Origin: a virus
DNA: 64,000 nucleotides
Reading direction: 5' to 3' (one strand)
IMG/VR virus record: IMGVR_UViG_3300031413_000005
Location: 45,430-109,429 of that record
A program made the translations under genes and the position numbers. The notes beneath the pieces were generated by a model. It had not been told where the DNA came from. It searched no databases and was given only the letters and a program-made list of their open reading frames with translations. This document shows, piece after piece, positions 9,015 to 18,183 of this stretch. Within the stretch, counting starts at the first letter, position 1. Each line of letters begins with the position of its first letter.

Positions 9015-9845
9015 TCAAGCTGCGAGCGATTTGGCTCTGCGAATGACGCTGGCGTCAAAGGTCTGCTCGGCGAGCGCGAGCGGGAGCTGGGGCTTGTCGA
9101 ACAACACGATCGACAGCGGGATCGCGATGTCGTCGACACGCCGCATGATCTGTTTCACGAGATACGCGTGATAGTCGTCCTGCGCCGGGTGTCCGACGTA
9201 GTGCTCGATCGAGTAGAACGGGTGCTTGGCAGCGACCAGGCGCTGGCTCGTATGCGCGTCCCAGAGATTGATCGTCTCTGCGGCCAGCTTCTCGCCGTAT
9301 AAATTGCTTGGCTGTGGAACGCGCGTCCAGTTTGCTTCCATCGCCTGACGGATCGCGAGCGAGCAGAACAGGTCGTAGGGCATGCCGAACATATCGGCGA
9401 CCGTCATGGCCTTGAACAGGCCGACGATGTATCGCGTGTCGCGCTCCCAGATGTCGGCCTCGGTCTGCTTCGTGAACGTCGCGCCGTAGAGCTTCATGTG
9501 GCTGGCGACCTGAGCGCGCGTCATCACCTTGCCGGTCTTGGTGCGCATCGGGCCGCGGCTGTTGATGAAGTCGCGGGCGCCGCGCTGCATGGCGGTCAGG
9601 TACTCCCGCGAGAACAGCATGAAGCTGTGACCGAACGGCAGGCGTCGGTAATCGAACCAGCGGCTCGCATAGCAGTTCACCGCCCCGGCGAAGTGCTGGC
9701 GCTTGACGTGCGCCATGAGCAAAGCCTCAATACGACTCGAGGGGGCGTTAACCCCCTCGAACGTACCGAACAAACTGACGTTCAGCGACCAGTCGTCATG
9801 CGGCTTGTCGAACTGGAAGGCCGGTGCGGGGATCGGTGTAAGCAT
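9015..9845 (-). CDS. hypothetical replication-module protein
   Basis: 276-aa ORF in an operon between phoH and the helicase. Confidence 0.6.
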   Translation of the reverse strand: MLTPIPAPAFQFDKPHDDWSLNVSLFGTFEGVNAPSSRIEALLMAHVKRQHFAGAVNCYASRWFDYRRLPFGHSFMLFSREYLTAMQRGARDFINSRGPMRTKTGKVMTRAQVASHMKLYGATFTKQTEADIWERDTRYIVGLFKAMTVADMFGMPYDLFCSLAIRQAMEANWTRVPQPSNLYGEKLAAETINLWDAHTSQRLVAAKHPFYSIEHYVGHPAQDDYHAYLVKQIMRRVDDIAIPLSIVLFDKPQLPLALAEQTFDASVIRRAKSLAA

Positions 9846-10596
9846 TGTCGTTGTGGCTCTGTTTGCTGTAGCGCTCGATCACGGCACGGCACATGCCAGA
9901 CCGGACGATGTCGTCGGTGGTGAACTGGTGGTGTGCGACCGACTTGACGCCCATCATGCGCTGCACGGCATCAGCGAGACCGTCGGCCTGATCCCCGAAC
10001 CTCTGACGGCTGTCACCGCAGACGACGATCTTGGTCTCCTCGCCGATGCGAGTGAGAAACATCTCCATCTCGCGCGGCGACATATTCTCGGCTTCGTCCA
10101 GGATCACGAACGCGTCCTCGAAGGTCGAGCCCTGAAGGAACGGGACGGGGGCGATCTCGATCTTGCCGTTGGCGATGTATGCCTCGACGGTCGCCTTCCC
10201 CAGGATCTTCTCGAAGATCGTGCGGACCGGCTTGAAGTACGGCTCGAACTTCTCGGTCATGTCGCCCTTCAGGAAGCCCATCGGGGTGCCCGCTTCGACG
10301 TTGGGGCGGCAGACGACGACGCGCTGAACGATCTTGTCGCGGAGTGCGAGCGCGGCTGGAGCGGCGCCGCAGTGGGTCTTGCCGGTGCCGGCCGGGCCGG
10401 TCAGGAACGTCAGCTGGTTTGCCATGACCTTCGCATGCGCGAGGCGCTGCGCGTCGTTCTTGGGCTTGAACTCTCCGGTGCCGCGAGCGCGCGGGCCGGT
10501 GTCGAGGAGCGCGTCGGTAGGCAGCGGAACCTGTCGAGCTGCTGCTCGGCTACGCTTGCCGTCACGCTGGGGACGGTTCGAACGATCCTTGGTCAT
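9796..10596 (-). CDS. phoH: PhoH-family ATPase
   Basis: GPAGTGKT, RPNVEAG..GFLKG, ILDEAEN, LTRIGE, GDSRQ, DIVRSG. Confidence 0.9.
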   Translation of the reverse strand: MTKDRSNRPQRDGKRSRAAARQVPLPTDALLDTGPRARGTGEFKPKNDAQRLAHAKVMANQLTFLTGPAGTGKTHCGAAPAALALRDKIVQRVVVCRPNVEAGTPMGFLKGDMTEKFEPYFKPVRTIFEKILGKATVEAYIANGKIEIAPVPFLQGSTFEDAFVILDEAENMSPREMEMFLTRIGEETKIVVCGDSRQRFGDQADGLADAVQRMMGVKSVAHHQFTTDDIVRSGMCRAVIERYSKQSHNDNAYTDPRTGLPVRQAA

Positions 10597-10610
10597 TGGT
10601 CACTCCGGTT

Positions 10611-10634
10611 TGCATGTGTGTCGTCTACCATGCA
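10611..10634 (-). repeat. 24-bp dispersed motif
   Basis: tgcatg-tgtgtcgtctac-catgca (consensus). Confidence 0.9.
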
Positions 10635-10681
10635 CGCGGTTTGATGCAAGAGTGAATTTGCGCGCACGGTCAGTGGAAATG

Positions 10682-10712
10682 AAAAGACCGCCCCTCACGA
10701 GGAGGGACGGTC
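10682..10712 (-). terminator. rho-independent terminator ending the late/lysis transcript
   Basis: GACCGTCCCTC-loop-GAGGGGCGGTC followed by TTTT on the minus strand. Confidence 0.7.
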
Positions 10713-10726
10713 GGATAGAGGATTAA

Positions 10727-10762
10727 TTAACGGATGGGCTTGCCGATGGGCCAATAGCGCAT
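10727..10762 (-). CDS. 11-aa micropeptide MRYWPIGKPIR
   Basis: AAGGAG RBS 7 nt before ATG; lies between the endolysin and the terminator. Confidence 0.45.
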   Translation of the reverse strand: MRYWPIGKPIR

Positions 10763-10818
10763 GGAGTCTCTCCTTTCTGTGTTGCTGAAGTGGTTAGGAA
10801 ACCGGTGCCGGCGGTCGA

Positions 10819-11304
10819 CTACGCGACCAGCTCGAAATGCGGGCTGTCAGTCTCGCCCTTCTCGCGGGGCTTGCCGTTCGCGTTCCAGTCAGCGCCCCAG
10901 CGGATCGCGACCTTCTCGAGCTTCGCGGCTTCGAGCACCAACCTCGCCATGGCGTCGAAGCGCTTCAGGTTGTTCCAGTCGACGGGATACGGGACGATGT
11001 CGACCGCGTGACCGTAACCCGACGCCTGCTTGACGTGCTTCGAGTTGAGCGGGTTCTTGAGCCAGGTGACCTTCGAGAGGTTGGGCTTGGCGTGGCTGGC
11101 TGGGGCGCCCGCTGCGATGCACTGTGCGGCTGTGCGGCCCTTGCCAAAGTTCACGAAGCACTGCTCGGGCGAGCGCACGCCTTCGATCACCGTGAAGTCG
11201 AGATCCGGGGTCGCCATCTCGGCCGCGCGCTTCAGGACGCGGATGAGATCGGGATGGACCCCTACGAGGTTCGCAAGCGAACGGGCACCAAACTGGATAG
11301 CCAA
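10819..11304 (-). CDS. endolysin, M15-family (L-Ala-D-Glu) peptidase
   Basis: SLANLVGVHPDL, EGVRS, SKH..GHAVD, RWGADW, DSPHFEL; TTG start with AGGAGA. Confidence 0.85.
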   Translation of the reverse strand: MAIQFGARSLANLVGVHPDLIRVLKRAAEMATPDLDFTVIEGVRSPEQCFVNFGKGRTAAQCIAAGAPASHAKPNLSKVTWLKNPLNSKHVKQASGYGHAVDIVPYPVDWNNLKRFDAMARLVLEAAKLEKVAIRWGADWNANGKPREKGETDSPHFELVA

Positions 11305-11314
11305 AGCAACTCTC

Positions 11315-11428
11315 CTATTGTGTGTGTGGTTTACCATGCACTGCGGCGAAATGCAATCGCGGTGCGTTCGGGATGGACTTGCCGGGAGTGAGCAGCGCCA
11401 GGAAGGTCGCGAGGATTAGCTTGCGCAT
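11315..11428 (-). CDS. 37-aa hydrophobic peptide
   Basis: MRKLILATFLALLTPG...; TGATG overlap with the holin candidate. Confidence 0.35.
   Translation of the reverse strand: MRKLILATFLALLTPGKSIPNAPRLHFAAVHGKPHTQ
11317..11340 (-). repeat. 24-bp dispersed motif
   Basis: attgtg-tgtgtggtttac-catgca. Confidence 0.7.
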
Positions 11429-11799
11429 CAGTCTGCCTTCTTGCCGAAGCCGGGAATGCTGGGCAGCAGATCCTTGAGAAACGTTCCGAGCGTTGCGAAC
11501 GGGCTGTCGCGGAAGTTCTCGGATGCCTTCACGAAGCCCATGACGATGTTCTCGGTCATGACGGCCGCAATCCCTGCCCCACCGAGCATCCAGGCAGTGC
11601 CCCAGCCCTCCAGGGCGAGCCCTGCGACCAGTGCGCCGATGCCCCCGAAGATGCAGCCGGCGAACAGCTTGAGCGCGGTGCGCCGCGTGACGTCGAAGAT
11701 CGAGACCAGCAGCGTGATGAGCGTGCCGCCGACGAAGAAGAACAGATGCCCGACATAGGCAACGTAGGCGTTGGTGAACGTGATCGTGTTCGTCGGCAT
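11428..11799 (-). CDS. putative holin
   Basis: about three TM segments, basic C-terminus, upstream of the endolysin. Confidence 0.6.
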   Translation of the reverse strand: MPTNTITFTNAYVAYVGHLFFFVGGTLITLLVSIFDVTRRTALKLFAGCIFGGIGALVAGLALEGWGTAWMLGGAGIAAVMTENIVMGFVKASENFRDSPFATLGTFLKDLLPSIPGFGKKAD

Positions 11800-12152
11800 C
11801 AGCCATTACCCCAGAGGTACGAAGGTGCGCGATCCCGCGAGTTCTCGATCTTCGCTTTGATGAACAGGTGTGCGGTGAGAAACAGCAGACCCATGGCGGC
11901 GTGAAAGCTCATCCACATGGTCGTGTGTTGCTCGCCGACGATTGCAGGACCGCCGATCCAGATCCAGAACCCGATGACCGCGGAATGGGAAATGCTGAAG
12001 ATCGTCGACAGCGTGACCCAGATATAGGCGATGGCGTTTTCACGACCGCGAGCGATGTCGCGGGTGCTAAAGTGCCAGTCCTTCCCGCTGCCGATCGCCA
12101 GGAGCCCCGACAGAAACGCGGCGAGAGAACAGACCAGAGCGATGTAGATCAT
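11799..12152 (-). CDS. membrane protein (lysis cassette)
   Basis: three hydrophobic segments; coupled to the holin. Confidence 0.55.
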   Translation of the reverse strand: MIYIALVCSLAAFLSGLLAIGSGKDWHFSTRDIARGRENAIAYIWVTLSTIFSISHSAVIGFWIWIGGPAIVGEQHTTMWMSFHAAMGLLFLTAHLFIKAKIENSRDRAPSYLWGNG

Positions 12153-12153
12153 G

Positions 12154-12324
12154 TTACTTCGACGTCTGCTGCGGCGGGCGATTGTTGCCGCCCATTCCAC
12201 CAAAACCACCGCCAACGCCGGGGATGGTTTCTGGCGTCGGCGCGGTCGCGCGAAGGCGACTCCGAACGACCAGAACTGCCACGACCACCACGAGGGCAAT
12301 CATGACGAAAAATACAGGATTCAT
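12154..12324 (-). CDS. small single-TM protein
   Basis: MNPVFFVMIALVVVVAVLVVRSR... Confidence 0.5.
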   Translation of the reverse strand: MNPVFFVMIALVVVVAVLVVRSRLRATAPTPETIPGVGGGFGGMGGNNRPPQQTSK

Positions 12325-12338
12325 TGGAACAAGCCTCG

Positions 12339-12362
12339 TGCAAGTGTGTTGCTTGCCATGCA
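12339..12362 (-). repeat. 24-bp dispersed motif
   Basis: tgcaag-tgtgttgcttgc-catgca. Confidence 0.75.
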
Positions 12363-12398
12363 GTATAGCACGCAGGCAACACACCGGCAACGATGGCC

Positions 12399-12725
12399 TT
12401 AGACCGTCGCCGTCTCCGGCAGCGGGATCGGCGTCGAAAGCAGCTCGATCTGCTGCGCTACGGGCATCGCGTCGTAGCGCATAATCGATACCAGGCGTTC
12501 GAGCCGCTGGTAAGTCTCACGGTCGACATTCGGCATAACCGCGGCGATTGCTTCAATCTGAGCGGTTACGTGACGAACCGAGAGCAAATCCTTGAGCGGC
12601 TCGTAGATTTTCAGCTTGGCGAGGCGCTCGGTTTCACGCGCGTTCCAGTTCTGCTTGGCCTTCTTGGCTTGCAGCGAGGCGAGGAGCGCTAGTTCTTCGC
12701 TCGTGAGGTCATCTTCGAGGTCCAT
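12399..12725 (-). CDS. hypothetical protein
   Basis: 108-aa ORF with GGAG RBS. Confidence 0.55.
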   Translation of the reverse strand: MDLEDDLTSEELALLASLQAKKAKQNWNARETERLAKLKIYEPLKDLLSVRHVTAQIEAIAAVMPNVDRETYQRLERLVSIMRYDAMPVAQQIELLSTPIPLPETATV

Positions 12726-12809
12726 AGGCTCTCCATAGGCAAATGCGGTGGGTATGTGTGTGGCGATGATAACACATGGTAGGCATTCGCTCCACCCGGT
12801 TTCGATGGC

Positions 12810-13553
12810 TTAGTGGCCCGTGACGTCGAGCACGAGCACCGGTCCCATTGGCCTGCTCCACGTTGCGTTTGCCGGAATTGTCGGCGGGAACCGACTGTTG
12901 CCGAGCGAGCGAGCGACATCGTCATAGCTGACAAGTCCCGTCGACACGGTCGCCCCAGAAGCGGCGGTCCCATTGAGCTTACCGTCGTTGTTGTAGGTCC
13001 AATTTCCGGCCGTGTTTCCGCTGTCGCCAGGTTCGTAAAGTCGACCGTCCTTGTAGAGCTGTCCGTTGTTACGAGAGCGACCAGTCCATTCCTGTGCAGC
13101 GAGAGCGTAGGAACGCCCCGCCGAAAGGGTCGCGCTTTGCGTAGCGCCGTCAAGAACCGCGGCGATCGTCGCAACAGGGCGAGAGGACGAGTAGGTTAGA
13201 TTGCCGGCAGTATCGAACAGCTCCAGGCCAACGCCGGTAGGCGGAAACCTGTTCGACTGTCCATACAGCCAATAATTCACCGGCTGATTGACGTCTGCCC
13301 CCGATACGAAATGCGCGACGGCTTGTGCGCCGTTCATGTAGCGGCCCGCGCGCGCGCAATAGAAAGGGCTTTGGACTGCGAGAATGATCGGCGATGTCAG
13401 GTCAGGAAGCGGCACGAGGACGCTACTCTTGGTAGTAGTTCCCGAAAGTCGGGCTTGGGTAAAAACTGTCCCCTTGCCGATTAGAGCCATTGTCATCAGC
13501 CCGGCATCGAACTGAAGGGCACCATCGCTCCGAAAAGTCTGAAACGTCGCCAT
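12810..13553 (-). CDS. tail-fibre-associated protein
   Basis: GLELFDTAGNLTYSS-type repeat; position after the fibre gene. Confidence 0.6.
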   Translation of the reverse strand: MATFQTFRSDGALQFDAGLMTMALIGKGTVFTQARLSGTTTKSSVLVPLPDLTSPIILAVQSPFYCARAGRYMNGAQAVAHFVSGADVNQPVNYWLYGQSNRFPPTGVGLELFDTAGNLTYSSSRPVATIAAVLDGATQSATLSAGRSYALAAQEWTGRSRNNGQLYKDGRLYEPGDSGNTAGNWTYNNDGKLNGTAASGATVSTGLVSYDDVARSLGNSRFPPTIPANATWSRPMGPVLVLDVTGH

Positions 13554-13554
13554 G

Positions 13555-13866
13555 TCAAAACGTCCCATACATAATTGTAGCCCGCGGCCGGTCGCTTTCG
13601 TAGGTCGCCTCCGCCGAAGGGTAGCTCCACGATACGCCGTTTGCAGACGTAGTTATTATGGCCTCCTTGTTGTCTGCGCCGGGGATGCCACCGAGGAGCT
13701 GAAACGCAAATGGGCGACCGTTGCCGAGCCGAGCGTCGGTGATCGAGCCTGACTGCGCAGAACCCGCTCCTCCGATCGCGAAGGTGCCGAGTATTAGCGC
13801 GACGCTGCTCGTGGTATCGATCAACAAGGTGCCATTCTGAGCCCAGACTTGCAGTCCTGTTGCCAT
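13555..13866 (-). CDS. small tail-tip accessory protein
   Basis: MATGLQVWAQNGTLLIDTTS, typical of genes after a J-like fibre. Confidence 0.6.
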   Translation of the reverse strand: MATGLQVWAQNGTLLIDTTSSVALILGTFAIGGAGSAQSGSITDARLGNGRPFAFQLLGGIPGADNKEAIITTSANGVSWSYPSAEATYESDRPRATIMYGTF

Positions 13867-13867
13867 G

Positions 13868-16800
13868 TTAGATCCCCAGCCTGACGGCGCGTTGACCGTT
13901 AGAATAGTAAACGTCGACCCCAGCGGCGCCGATGGTCGTCGATCCGTTCCCGTTAGCCCCGGTGATGCGGACGTCACCAATGATGTCGACGCCAGCGCCG
14001 GCATTCGCATCTGCCCAGACCCGCATCTGCGCGCGGTTGTTGCCGGCGACCGACTGCACCTGCCAATAGGCGGACGCGCGGCCCTTGAGATCTGCAACCG
14101 CGCCCTCTGCGGTGGTCACGCGCGCGAGGAGGTTCGACTGCTCGACCTTCTTGGACGCGATCTCGCCTGCGGTGGATGGACGCATGACGATGCGGTGCCA
14201 GATCGTGCGCAGGAAGCCATAGCCGCCCGCGCCGGTAAAGCCCGTCCACCCGGCCATCAGATAGAGGTTCACGCCCGGCGACTGCGCGCCGTTGTAAAAC
14301 ATGAAAGTGAACTTGCGCTGGGCATTGCCGATATTGCCGATGCGGTCAGCGGTATCCGCGTTGTTGTGGAAGCCGTATTCGACCGAGTATCCGTTGTTGA
14401 ACTGGCAATGGACGCCCGCACCGGACCAGTTGCCATCCTGGCCCTCGACATCGACCTCAAAGGTGTACCAGCCGGGAGGCATCTTGCCCAACGCCTGCGT
14501 CAGCCCGTTCTGGTTTCCCTGACGGTCGATTTGGAGTGGATAGCGCGCGCCATACTGGGAACCGCCTGCCCCATACGGCCCGTAATACGCGTTTGCGTCC
14601 TGCGCCCACATCGACCAGCCTTGAGGCATGTGCCAGCCGCCATCATAGATCCAGTTCACGTCGGGCTGGGTGAACGTCCCGTTGCGCACGAGATTGTTGC
14701 TGTCGTAGCCCACCGACGCCTCGACGATCGACGTGCGGCCGGCTGCGACGCTATCCGCATTCGCGCGGGCGACGGCCTCGTTGTAGATCCGCGTGTTGAG
14801 CTCGCTGTCCTGCGCACCGCGAAGCTGAGCCTCAACAGTGTCGGCGCGGGTAGCGAGAGCGCTGTCACGCGCGAGGCGGGTGTCTTCTTCGGTTTTCACG
14901 CGAGCGGTGAGCGACACGACGCTCGCTGCCGCCTTGCCAGCTTCGATCTCGCCGACACTTGCCGGGCGAAGTGTAAGTCGACCCCACTTGATATACTTCG
15001 ACGCACGGTAGCGGCCGAACCCGGTCCAGCTGTGCATGCAGTGCAGGTTCATTTCGCTGTAGGCCCCGATGTCGATCATCTTGGTCCACGTCCGAATTTC
15101 CATGTTCGCGCTGTCGCCCACGCGCCCAGTCGTGTCCGGGTCGGAGAGGAAGTCGAGGTTGTAGACGCCGCTCAGCGTGACGCCAGCACCCGACAGGCTA
15201 CCGGAGACGCGCTGTGCGGTCACCTCGATGACCCACTTGCCCGCATGGACGGGGACGGTCTGGTAGATGCCGCACTCTGCGTTTTCGATGTTCGTCGTGT
15301 AGGCCGCGTAGGGACTGCCAACCATGCCGCCTGGCTCGCGGCCGATACCCCACTGGCCTTCCGTGACCCACGCCGCCCATCCGGTCGGGTAGACCTGACC
15401 GTAGGGCCAGATCGCGAACTTGTCGTTTTTGCCTGTGCCCGATCCGATCGTCGCCGTGCTCTCGATCCCCGACACACGGTTCCCCATCGTCACGTCCGCA
15501 TCGGTTCGCGCGATCGTCTCGTTGTAGATGCGGGTGTTGAGCTCGCTGTCACGAGCGCCGCGAAGCTGCGCCTCGATCACGTCGGAACGCGATGCGAGCG
15601 CACGGTTGGCGTCCGCTGCGGTCGTGGCGTTCTCGATGATCGTGGCGTTGAGCTTGGTCTGCTCGGCCACATTGCTGCCCGGCGTGTAAGGCACGGCCTC
15701 GGTGATACCGGGGCGGATTTTCACTAGCTGCGGGCGCAAGAACCAAGCGTAGCTGTTACCACCGGACGTCGTGCCGTGCTTCATCAGGTATATGCGGACC
15801 CAAGAATATCCGGCCGGCACAGTGAACGTGACTACGGTGCGCTTGTAGGTGCTCAACAGCTTGGCGTCGGCATCCAGAGGCACAGTCACCTTTTCCCCGA
15901 GGAACAAGCCAGCGTTAGCTGGCGTGAAACCGTCGATGTAGATGCCCGTGTTGCATCGGTGAGAGTATGAGTAGACCGTCGCCTGATAGGTCGCCCCCGG
16001 CTCCAGGCCATGCACGTCTTGCGACCAGTGCCCCGCGCGCGCGGTGCTCGCATTTTCCTGCCCGATGACGAGCGCGTTCATGTTGTTGGGCCACCAAATA
16101 TTGGCGGTGATACCGTTGCGCGCGCCAATGGAGCCTGCTTCCGGCGTAAAGCCCCAGCCCTCGTTGCCGGTGGTCCATTCGGTATTCGACAGAAGGTTGG
16201 AGCTGGTGCCCGCGCTCGCCTCGATAACGGAGGTCCGACCGGCCAGAACGCGATCGGCTTCCGCGAGCGTGCTGCGGTTCTCCTCGATCTTGGCCGACAT
16301 CGGCGACGCGGTGGTCATGGCGACCTTGCTCTCGAGCGACGTGGTCCGATCCGCTACGGCTTTGGTCGCCGCGGCGGACACGATCGAGCTGTCCGTGATT
16401 GCTGCGTTTGCGGCTGCGATCGCGAACTTCTCGGAGCCCGGCGAGTAAGGTATCCACCCGGTCTGGCCTTCATTGGCGACACCAATGAACGGGCGCCAGA
16501 TCCAGACGTACGTGTCATTCAGACCGGTGCCATAGGTGCGAAGGCAGATCCGGGCCGAGACCGTGTTTGGCGGTGCTTTTACCGACTTTACGCCAGTCTG
16601 GTCCCATTGCTTGGGATCCTTGCCGCCTGCATCGACGCGCGCTCCGACGTTCTCGCCACCGTAGCCGGTGAAGGCCCCGTTTACGTCGTAGAACATGATG
16701 GAGACCCAAGCACGGCTTCGGTGGCTCGCGGTCATGGCGTAACACTGGTAGAACTCGCCCGCGCTGACCGGGATCGGTTCGCTGACGACTTCCATGATGC

Positions 16801-18139
16801 TGCCGGTCGGCGCTTTGCTTTGGCGCATCGCGAGGGCGTTTTCACCGATTGGGTGCCAGTCATCGCTAGGCGCGTTGATGACAATCACGCCACCATTAGG
16901 ATTGTTGGTGATCGAGTAGCCGCGCAGGGTCTCAAAGGCGGTGTTCTGCAAGAGGTTACCACCACCCGTTGCCCGCGCCTCGAGAGCAGCCGTGCGGCCG
17001 GCGATCGCCCGCGTCGCATCTGCCGCGGCGGTCGATGCGTCACGAATGCTTGCCGCAAGCGGGCTGTCTTGTTTGCCGTCCAGCTTCGCCTCGACGACGC
17101 TCGTCCGGTTCGCGACCGCCGATACGGTCGTCGCGCGCACCGCCTTTTCGTCCTCGATCGCAGCCGCGTTGCTCGAAACGTCTTTCTGGACGAGTGCCTG
17201 CTTGTCGCGCAGCACCGCATCCTCTCCAGTTGAGCGCGCAATCTCGTTGGCGAGGTTGTTGCGAACGCCCGCCAAGTCGCCTTCCAGCTCGGTGCGCGCG
17301 TCAGTCAGATCCTGATTTGCCTGATCGATCTCGAGACCAGCTGCTGCTGCGGCCGCGCGCGCCTGGCGAGCCTCCTGAAATGCCTTGGCGACTTCCGCCA
17401 TCGCTTCGGAAATGCGAACCTGTGCGTCGGTGAGCTCCTCGACGATCTCGACCGCGGGCTTGCCGCCAACGGCGTTCGTGTCCTTCGAGGTGTTGTCGCC
17501 GGTGACGTCTGCGTTGTCGTCAGGCTTGTTTGCGCCGGTGACGCCGTCCCACTTCGCGAGCTGGGCGGCGCGATCGGCGATCATGGCGTCGAGATCGGCC
17601 AGCGCCGACACGGCTGCTGCGTAAGAGGTCTGGAAGGTCGCGGCGTTGATCGGCGTGTCCTTCGACATATCGTTATACGCCGGGACGAGGCTCACGATAT
17701 AGTCGGTCCACGCCTTCGTCGCGACGTTGGAGGCGTCGATGTAGGCGTCGATCCCGCCCAGCTGTCGCGCTTTCGCGGCCGAAGCCGACGACGAGGCCAG
17801 CAGCTGCGAATGCACCAGCGAAAGCTGCGGCTTTTCTGCACGCGACAGTATGTTGTCGGCCGTCATCCCGCGAATGTCCGAGATGACCTGGCTCGCCGCG
17901 ACGTCCATAATCGTGCCGGTGATGTTGCCGTTGAACGACACCCGCACGCTGGGCCGGTAGCGCGTGTTCTTCGCTGGCGTGAGCGGCGAGTAGACGACGC
18001 CGTCGGCGTTGATGTCAGAGTCGACCCGGCGATATGCGCGCACGCTGAAGTCGTAAAAGCGGTCTGCCGCCATGCCGGGCAGGATGACAGACCGCTTGTT
18101 CGGCTGGATGAAAACGCTGGTATCGGTGGGATTTGCCAT
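13868..18139 (-). CDS. tail fibre / host-specificity protein with repeated carbohydrate-binding-like modules
   Basis: N-terminal half FN3, coiled coils alternating with four NLL.N..F/W-type beta modules. Confidence 0.75.
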   Translation of the reverse strand: MANPTDTSVFIQPNKRSVILPGMAADRFYDFSVRAYRRVDSDINADGVVYSPLTPAKNTRYRPSVRVSFNGNITGTIMDVAASQVISDIRGMTADNILSRAEKPQLSLVHSQLLASSSASAAKARQLGGIDAYIDASNVATKAWTDYIVSLVPAYNDMSKDTPINAATFQTSYAAAVSALADLDAMIADRAAQLAKWDGVTGANKPDDNADVTGDNTSKDTNAVGGKPAVEIVEELTDAQVRISEAMAEVAKAFQEARQARAAAAAAGLEIDQANQDLTDARTELEGDLAGVRNNLANEIARSTGEDAVLRDKQALVQKDVSSNAAAIEDEKAVRATTVSAVANRTSVVEAKLDGKQDSPLAASIRDASTAAADATRAIAGRTAALEARATGGGNLLQNTAFETLRGYSITNNPNGGVIVINAPSDDWHPIGENALAMRQSKAPTGSIMEVVSEPIPVSAGEFYQCYAMTASHRSRAWVSIMFYDVNGAFTGYGGENVGARVDAGGKDPKQWDQTGVKSVKAPPNTVSARICLRTYGTGLNDTYVWIWRPFIGVANEGQTGWIPYSPGSEKFAIAAANAAITDSSIVSAAATKAVADRTTSLESKVAMTTASPMSAKIEENRSTLAEADRVLAGRTSVIEASAGTSSNLLSNTEWTTGNEGWGFTPEAGSIGARNGITANIWWPNNMNALVIGQENASTARAGHWSQDVHGLEPGATYQATVYSYSHRCNTGIYIDGFTPANAGLFLGEKVTVPLDADAKLLSTYKRTVVTFTVPAGYSWVRIYLMKHGTTSGGNSYAWFLRPQLVKIRPGITEAVPYTPGSNVAEQTKLNATIIENATTAADANRALASRSDVIEAQLRGARDSELNTRIYNETIARTDADVTMGNRVSGIESTATIGSGTGKNDKFAIWPYGQVYPTGWAAWVTEGQWGIGREPGGMVGSPYAAYTTNIENAECGIYQTVPVHAGKWVIEVTAQRVSGSLSGAGVTLSGVYNLDFLSDPDTTGRVGDSANMEIRTWTKMIDIGAYSEMNLHCMHSWTGFGRYRASKYIKWGRLTLRPASVGEIEAGKAAASVVSLTARVKTEEDTRLARDSALATRADTVEAQLRGAQDSELNTRIYNEAVARANADSVAAGRTSIVEASVGYDSNNLVRNGTFTQPDVNWIYDGGWHMPQGWSMWAQDANAYYGPYGAGGSQYGARYPLQIDRQGNQNGLTQALGKMPPGWYTFEVDVEGQDGNWSGAGVHCQFNNGYSVEYGFHNNADTADRIGNIGNAQRKFTFMFYNGAQSPGVNLYLMAGWTGFTGAGGYGFLRTIWHRIVMRPSTAGEIASKKVEQSNLLARVTTAEGAVADLKGRASAYWQVQSVAGNNRAQMRVWADANAGAGVDIIGDVRITGANGNGSTTIGAAGVDVYYSNGQRAVRLGI

Positions 18140-18149
18140 GGCGCGGATA

Positions 18150-18183
18150 ATACCAGATTGCATGTGTGTTATCTACCATGCAC
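18150..18183 (-). promoter_or_regulatory. 24-bp motif with -10 (34-bp promoter cassette)
   Basis: identical to 22201-22234. Confidence 0.85.

Noticed and set aside
12751-12778. Additional 24-bp motif copy (also 4291-4314)
   Set aside because: Only the TGTGT part matches; the arms are too degenerate to count.
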